From an uncultured Methanomicrobiaceae archaeon (lineage in GTDB: Archaea > Halobacteriota > Methanomicrobia > Methanomicrobiales > Methanoculleaceae), in assembly GCA_963826525.1 (NCBI GenBank), contig CAWGXH010000004.1, positions 736,001 to 800,000 on the forward strand: 64,000 nucleotides of DNA. The letters run 5' to 3'. A program made the translations under genes and the position numbers. The first letter of the stretch is position 1. Every line of letters starts with the position of its first letter. This document shows, one piece after another, positions 58,809 to 64,000 of this stretch. Under the pieces are notes generated by a model that saw only the letters and a list, made by a program, of their open reading frames with translations, was not told the DNA's origin and made no database searches.

Positions 58809-59102
58809 ACCGGGGCCTGATTCGTCCCGGTCATCGGTGTCACCCGTCTGTTCCTCCATCCGGATATCCCCCTTCGTTGGCCAATTGCGAGAGAGCTCAT
58901 ACTCGAAACGGGGCGTCTCACTCCCGCTCCCGGGAATGTATCCGGGATACCGGAACCGGACGAAAGAATCGTGGCATCCTTCTGTTCTCCCCGCAAACCC
59001 TCCCGGTTTCCGCGAAAGTCTCCCGTCTCCCCGGTGCGCCGGAGGGCCGCCGGACCAGTCTAATATAGAAGGTGTGACATATCTGATCAACACGTGGTTG
59101 TC

Positions 59103-59738
59103 ATGGCTGCAACAACAATTGACCTATTCCTCAATCCGAGGGCATTCTTTGACGCAAAGATGGCCGAAGGCGAGAGCCTGAAGTACCGGCACTGATCGTG
59201 CTTATCATCGGGGTTATCAGTGGGGTCTCGGCCTATCTGGTCTCCGGGCTGACTGTCCACTGCTCCCTCCGGAGGCAGCGTCATTCGGCTCTTTGATTGC
59301 TATCTTCGGCGTAACTGCGGCACTGATTGGTGCCTTCGTGATGTGGGCTGTCATTACGGCGATCTTCTACGGTATCTCATCCCTCTTCGGCGGCGAGGGT
59401 TCGTTCAGGCGTACCCTCGCGTTCGTCGGTTATGGGTATGCACCGCAGATCCTTGGCGGACTCATCTCAATGGTCTTCACATTTCTCTTCGTATCCAGTT
59501 TCCAGGTGCCGAGGGTTGCCGACCCGAATGAGATTGCGAACGTCGCTATGCAGCCTGATGCAGGATCCTCTTCTCCAGGTCGCTACGCTCATCGGCATTC
59601 TCTTCATGCTCTGGAGCGCGAATATCTGGATCTTCGGTGTCAGATCCGCACGGATCTCTCTCGCTGAAGAACGCCGCGATCACGGTCGGCGTTCCGGTGG
59701 CGCTCTATGTCCTCTATGTCCTCTTCAACCTGTTCTGA
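59103..59738 (+). CDS. Yip1-domain membrane protein (frameshifted)
   Basis: MAATTIDLFLNPRAFF..., FGGEGSFRRTLAFVGYGYAP and further TM helices. Confidence 0.75.
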
Positions 59739-59748
59739 GGTCTACTCT

Positions 59749-60882
59749 ATGAAACTCTCACATCTTTTCATCATTGCCGTTCTCCTCGCCGCCGGGTTTC
59801 TGATCCCTGCGGCCAGCGCCGGGACGGCGGACGTAACGGTTACCTCCTACCAGATCGATCCCCCCTCGCTGATGCGCTGGGATACCGGCACGCTCACCGT
59901 CACCGTCAAGAATAACGGTGCCGAGAGCGTCGCCATCAGGAGCGCCCGCCTCTTCGGAGACGATATCCAGGTCCTGAGCGATGCCTACTCCTCGGTCGGC
60001 GATATCGGGGCAGGCACTACCAAGGAGTTTACCTTCACCGTCCGGGCAAACGCCCCCGACGCCACCTACTACCCGAAATTCGTCATCGACTTCAGGGATG
60101 GCGGGAGCCTCCGCTACCCGATACCGGTTCGGGTGGAGAACACCGGGGTGCAGGTCGCCGTCGCGGCACAGCCGAGTGCTTTTGCAGAAGGACGGGAAGC
60201 GGACGTCACCCTCACAATCGGCAACCCCCGCTCCACCCGGGTGACCGGGGTTACGGTCGTACCCGAAGGTGACGGCTTTACCTCCACACCGTCGAGCGCT
60301 TTTGTCGGGACACTCGATCCCGACCAGGCTGCGCGGGTGATCTTCAACCTCACTCCCAATACACCGACGGATATTGCGTTTCGCGTCATCTTCCGGAACG
60401 GTGTGAATACCCACGAGACCGTGCTCACGCTCCCGATCGCCTTCACGAGCGATAAGCGGCGTGCCGTTCCCGTGCTCACGAACATCGAAGTGGAACCGGT
60501 CGCCGGCGGCTACCGGGTGACGGGCGACGTGACCAACGCCGGCCTTGAGTCGGCACGGTCGGTGATCGTCACGAGCGGCGAGCCCGCGACACCGATCGAT
60601 CCCTTCCGGGTCTACGTCGTCGGGACGCTCGACTCCGACGACTTCTCGAGTTTCGAGGTGACCTTCAGGGCGGAGACGGGCGCGACGGAGATACCGCTCG
60701 TCATCGAGTACCGTGACGGCGACGGCAACGTCTATACGGAGCAGGCTATGGTGAATATCGGCACGACGACCGTTCTGCCGCAGCAGCAGAACGAGACGCT
60801 CCCCGGGGTTGCCATCGCCGTTCTCGCCCTTGTGGCAATCGGGATAGCGGGCGCCGTCATCTATTCGTGGAGAAGGGCCTAA
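59749..60882 (+). CDS. COG1361-like S-layer-domain protein with signal peptide and C-terminal TM anchor
   Basis: Signal peptide, Ig-like repeats (VTVKNNG, GDVTNAG, VGTLDSDDFSSFE) and TM helix + WRR. Confidence 0.8.
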   Translation: MKLSHLFIIAVLLAAGFLIPAASAGTADVTVTSYQIDPPSLMRWDTGTLTVTVKNNGAESVAIRSARLFGDDIQVLSDAYSSVGDIGAGTTKEFTFTVRANAPDATYYPKFVIDFRDGGSLRYPIPVRVENTGVQVAVAAQPSAFAEGREADVTLTIGNPRSTRVTGVTVVPEGDGFTSTPSSAFVGTLDPDQAARVIFNLTPNTPTDIAFRVIFRNGVNTHETVLTLPIAFTSDKRRAVPVLTNIEVEPVAGGYRVTGDVTNAGLESARSVIVTSGEPATPIDPFRVYVVGTLDSDDFSSFEVTFRAETGATEIPLVIEYRDGDGNVYTEQAMVNIGTTTVLPQQQNETLPGVAIAVLALVAIGIAGAVIYSWRRA

Positions 60883-60887
60883 TATCC

Positions 60888-61555
60888 ATGGCAGTCATTC
60901 AGTTTCAGGACGTCACGAAGGTCTATCCGCTCCCGGCGGGAGATGTCGTCGCACTCGACGGCGTCTCCCTCGATATCGAGGCCGGGGAGTTCGTCTCCGT
61001 CATGGGGCCGTCCGGCTCCGGGAAGTCCACCCTGCTGAATATCATGGGATCTCTCGACGTCCCGACTTCCGGCGACGTATACATCAGCGGCTCGCGGATC
61101 GGCGTCATGAACGACGACGAGCTGACCCTGCTGCGGCGGGATCACATCGGGTTCATCTTCCAGCACTTCAACTTGATCCCGCTCCTCTCGGCGGTCGAGA
61201 ACGTCGAGTACCCGATGATCCTCCGGGGCAGGAAGAGCGACGCCCGGAAGCGGGCGCTCGAGGTGCTTGCAGCGGTCGGGCTTGAAGAGCGGCTTTATAC
61301 CCACAAGCCGAGCGAGCTCTCCGGCGGCCAGCAGCAGCGGGTCGCCATTGCCCGGGCACTCGTCAACGACCCCGACTTCCTCCTCTGCGACGAACCGACC
61401 GGCAACCTCGATACGGTGACCGGAACCGGGATCATGAACCTTCTTTCCCGGATGAACGAGGAAGGAACGACCGTCGTCGTGGTCACCCACGATCCGAGAA
61501 TGGCCGAGGTACCTCGAACCGGACGATCCAGATCGTCGACGGGAGACTGGCATGA
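60888..61555 (+). CDS. ABC transporter ATP-binding protein (LolD/MacB-like; frameshift near 61510)
   Basis: GPSGSGKST, LSGGQQQRVAIARAL, DEPTGNLD and VVTHD motifs. Confidence 0.92.
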
Positions 61556-62727
61556 CCTTCTTCGACCTGGCCCGGCGCAACACTCGAGCGTCACATGTTC
61601 CGCTCGGCGCTCGCCATCATCGGGATCGTCATCGGTGTGGTTGCGATCGCCTCGATGGGCGTTCTCGGCAACAGTATCAACCTCATGGTCGGGGACATGG
61701 TCACGGATGTCGGTGACACCATCGTGGTCTCACCCGCTGTCGGCGGCGGCGGTATCTTCGGGGGTGGTGGTGGAGCCAGCACCGGCCTTTCGGAACGACA
61801 GGTCGAGGATATCCGCCGGGCCATCGGGACGAACCGCGCTATACCGGTCATCAGCGGAGCGGATCGGATGACGGTCGGCGATACGACCGGCGGCGTGATG
61901 ATCTACGCGATGCATGCCGATGATATTCCCTACCTCCTCGAGAAGGAGTCCGGGGCATACGTCAAGGAGACCGCCGCGGCCTGCATGATCGGGAAGGGGC
62001 TCGCCGACTCCTGGAAGGATGAGGGCCTCAAGCTCGGCAGCAGGATACAGATCGGCGGCGAGACGCTCAGGGTCGTGGGGATACTCGAAGAGCGCGGGAT
62101 GAGCTTCGACGTCAATCCCGACAACGCTATCGTCGTCCCGTACCGGTGGTACTCCGACCGCTACGATACCGATGAGGTACAGCCAGGTGATCGTGAAGGT
62201 CCGGGACGTCAATGACATCGATGCGGTGAAGGATGCCATCGACGGGCGCATGAACCGGCGTGACGACGTTGTCAACGTCATGGACACCCGCCGGATCCTC
62301 GAGAGCATCTTCTCGATGTACGAATCGGTGACGGTCTTCCTGATGGGGATCGGAGCGATCTCGCTCCTCGTCGCCGGCGTCTCCATCTTAAACGTCATGA
62401 TGATGTCGGTGACCGAACGCACCCGTGAAATCGGCGTTCTGCGGAGTATCGGCACCCGCAGGAGCGAGTTGATGCGGATCTTCATCTACGAGTCGCTGAT
62501 CTTAGGATCCATCGGCGCCGTCACCGGCGGGCTGTTAAGTCTTCGGGGCAGGCTACCTTATGACGGGAGTCTTCCTCGGCAACGCCGCATACCTCCTCAA
62601 CCCGACAAGCCTCTCCTACATCGCTTTCGGGATGAGTTTCGGGGTCGTGACGAGCGTTCTCTGTGGCCTCTATCCGGCATGGAAAGCGGCGAAGCTCAAC
62701 CCTATTCAGGCGCTGCGGCACGAGTGA
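61552..62727 (+). CDS. ABC transporter permease (MacB/FtsX family; frameshifted)
   Basis: RSALAIIGIVIGV, ISLLVAGVSILNVMMMSVTERTREIG and YPAWKAAKLNPIQALRHE-stop. Confidence 0.9.
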
Positions 62728-62759
62728 GATAATCACCTATCTCCGCCTTTTTTTGAGAG

Positions 62760-63160
62760 TGTCCGAACGACGCAGCGTCCCCTGCCGGTCACGCATTCGG
62801 TATGACGGGTGTACCTGTGCGGTCGCTGCGGACGAGTTCGTCTCCGAGATCTTCACGAACCTGATCGGCAACGCCGCCAAGTTCGGCGGCCATGAGACAG
62901 AGATCGGTACCCTCGTCGAGGATTCGGGGCCTGGGATCTCCGACGCCATGAAGGCGAAGTTCTCCCGCCGGTTCTGCCGGGGAGAAGGGTTGAAGAGCGG
63001 GAAGGGTTTCGGACTGTATATGTCCCGCCTGCTTGTGGGTGCTACGGCGGGAGCATCGTAGCGCGTGATCGGGTTGCCGGCAACTCCGAGCTCGGTGCGG
63101 CGATGGTCATCACGCTCCCGGGATACTCCGGGAGCCGGGAAGAAGAGAACTCTTCGTCAG
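62760..63160 (+). pseudogene. Orphan histidine-kinase HATPase_c fragment
   Basis: ADEFVSEIFTNLIGNAAKFG, VEDSGPGISD and GKGFGLY motifs with no start codon, H-box or sensor; frame break near 63040. Confidence 0.7.
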
Positions 63161-63450
63161 AGCGAACCGGACGGGCGCGCCCTCGTGCGGGTGGCCTCTC
63201 TGCAGAGCGCCTCGATCTCCGTTCGGAGTTCTTCGGAGTCGCTCTCCCCGGACAGATACACGATCTGCTCTGCATCGCCGTTGATGACGATGAGAGCGAC
63301 CGGGACTACCGAGACGTAGCCTCCGGCGCACCCGGTGATCGTCGAGAGGCTGATGACCGGAATGATGCAGCGGTCGTCGACCGTCTGCATGCCTCCGGCC
63401 ACGAGCTCCCGGGAAAATCCTGCCGCTTCGGGGCTACGCACCGGACGCAC
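63157..63450 (-). CDS. YtfJ/GerW-like small protein
   Basis: IIPV..., GGYVSVVPVALIVI pattern; overlaps the upstream DUF2953-like gene. Confidence 0.55.
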   Translation of the reverse strand: MRPVRSPEAAGFSRELVAGGMQTVDDRCIIPVISLSTITGCAGGYVSVVPVALIVINGDAEQIVYLSGESDSEELRTEIEALCREATRTRARPSGSL

Positions 63451-64000
63451 CTCTCCCTGAGAGCATCTTCAGCCGGTCCCTGACTGTTCTATGCATCAGC
63501 GCAGCGATGATCGGTATGATGATCGTGAGCGGCCGCTCGATATTCACCTTTACATCCACCTTCCCTTCGAGGATCTCATCGCCGAAGACCGGATGCATGA
63601 TGAGATCGATCCGCTCCGCCGGCCAGAGCGCGTAGCGAAGAGCGGTCATATAGCCGTATACTCGTCCGGTCGCCGCGGGGCTCGCAAGGCCGAGCGTAAC
63701 CTCCCCGATGCACCGCTCGAGCGAGAGCGATCGGAGAAATGCATCGAGCACACGGCGGACGTACGGCCAGAGATCGGTGCCGGCGCTGATATACTCTCCG
63801 ATACCAAGACGCGGCCGCCGTTCTGCCGGTTTTTCCGGTTTTTCCCCCTCAGCGATCGCTACGAGGTCGCGTTTCAGCACCGCACGCCCGGCGAGCAGCA
63901 CCTCGATCTTCCGGTCATCACCGAGAATCCGGAGCCGCACCCCGAGAATACCCCAGGTGACCACGCCGAGGAGCAGCAAAATCTCGCCGGTCTTCTCGGC
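63434..64000 (-). CDS. DUF2953-like protein (5' end beyond the window)
   Basis: LGLASPAATGRVYG...IDL.MHPVF motif. Confidence 0.6.
   Translation of the reverse strand, partial: AEKTGEILLLLGVVTWGILGVRLRILGDDRKIEVLLAGRAVLKRDLVAIAEGEKPEKPAERRPRLGIGEYISAGTDLWPYVRRVLDAFLRSLSLERCIGEVTLGLASPAATGRVYGYMTALRYALWPAERIDLIMHPVFGDEILEGKVDVKVNIERPLTIIIPIIAALMHRTVRDRLKMLSGRGASGA

Overview
GC-rich archaeal chromosomal segment, most consistent with a hydrogenotrophic methanogen of the Methanomicrobiales (Methanoculleus-like). Support: archaeal gap, tyrS, rio1, hel308, cgi121, orc1/cdc6, PolD small subunit, two cofH paralogues, archaeal ribC/ribH and multi-PAS sensor proteins. It holds about 65 mostly housekeeping genes and a probable replication origin (ORB repeats next to cdc6). 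I saw no rRNA, tRNA, CRISPR array, integrase or transposase. Many genes, including essential ones, carry 1-2 nt frameshifts. These fall mostly on AGCT or GTAC sites and look like methylation-linked long-read errors, not pseudogenes. Most notable unexplained structure: (1) a family of three ~270-340 bp non-coding elements with inverted ends made of phased GGTGYA hexamers (3183-3501, 3548-3889, 58539-58808); (2) a second inverted ORB pair 3.3 kb downstream of the first, with a shared ATCATCATC tract; (3) a near-identical ~410 bp PAS module shared by two different sensor genes and bounded by a recurrent linker sequence; (4) an orphan A/V-ATPase C+D gene pair. All calls come from reading the sequence; no database searches were run.
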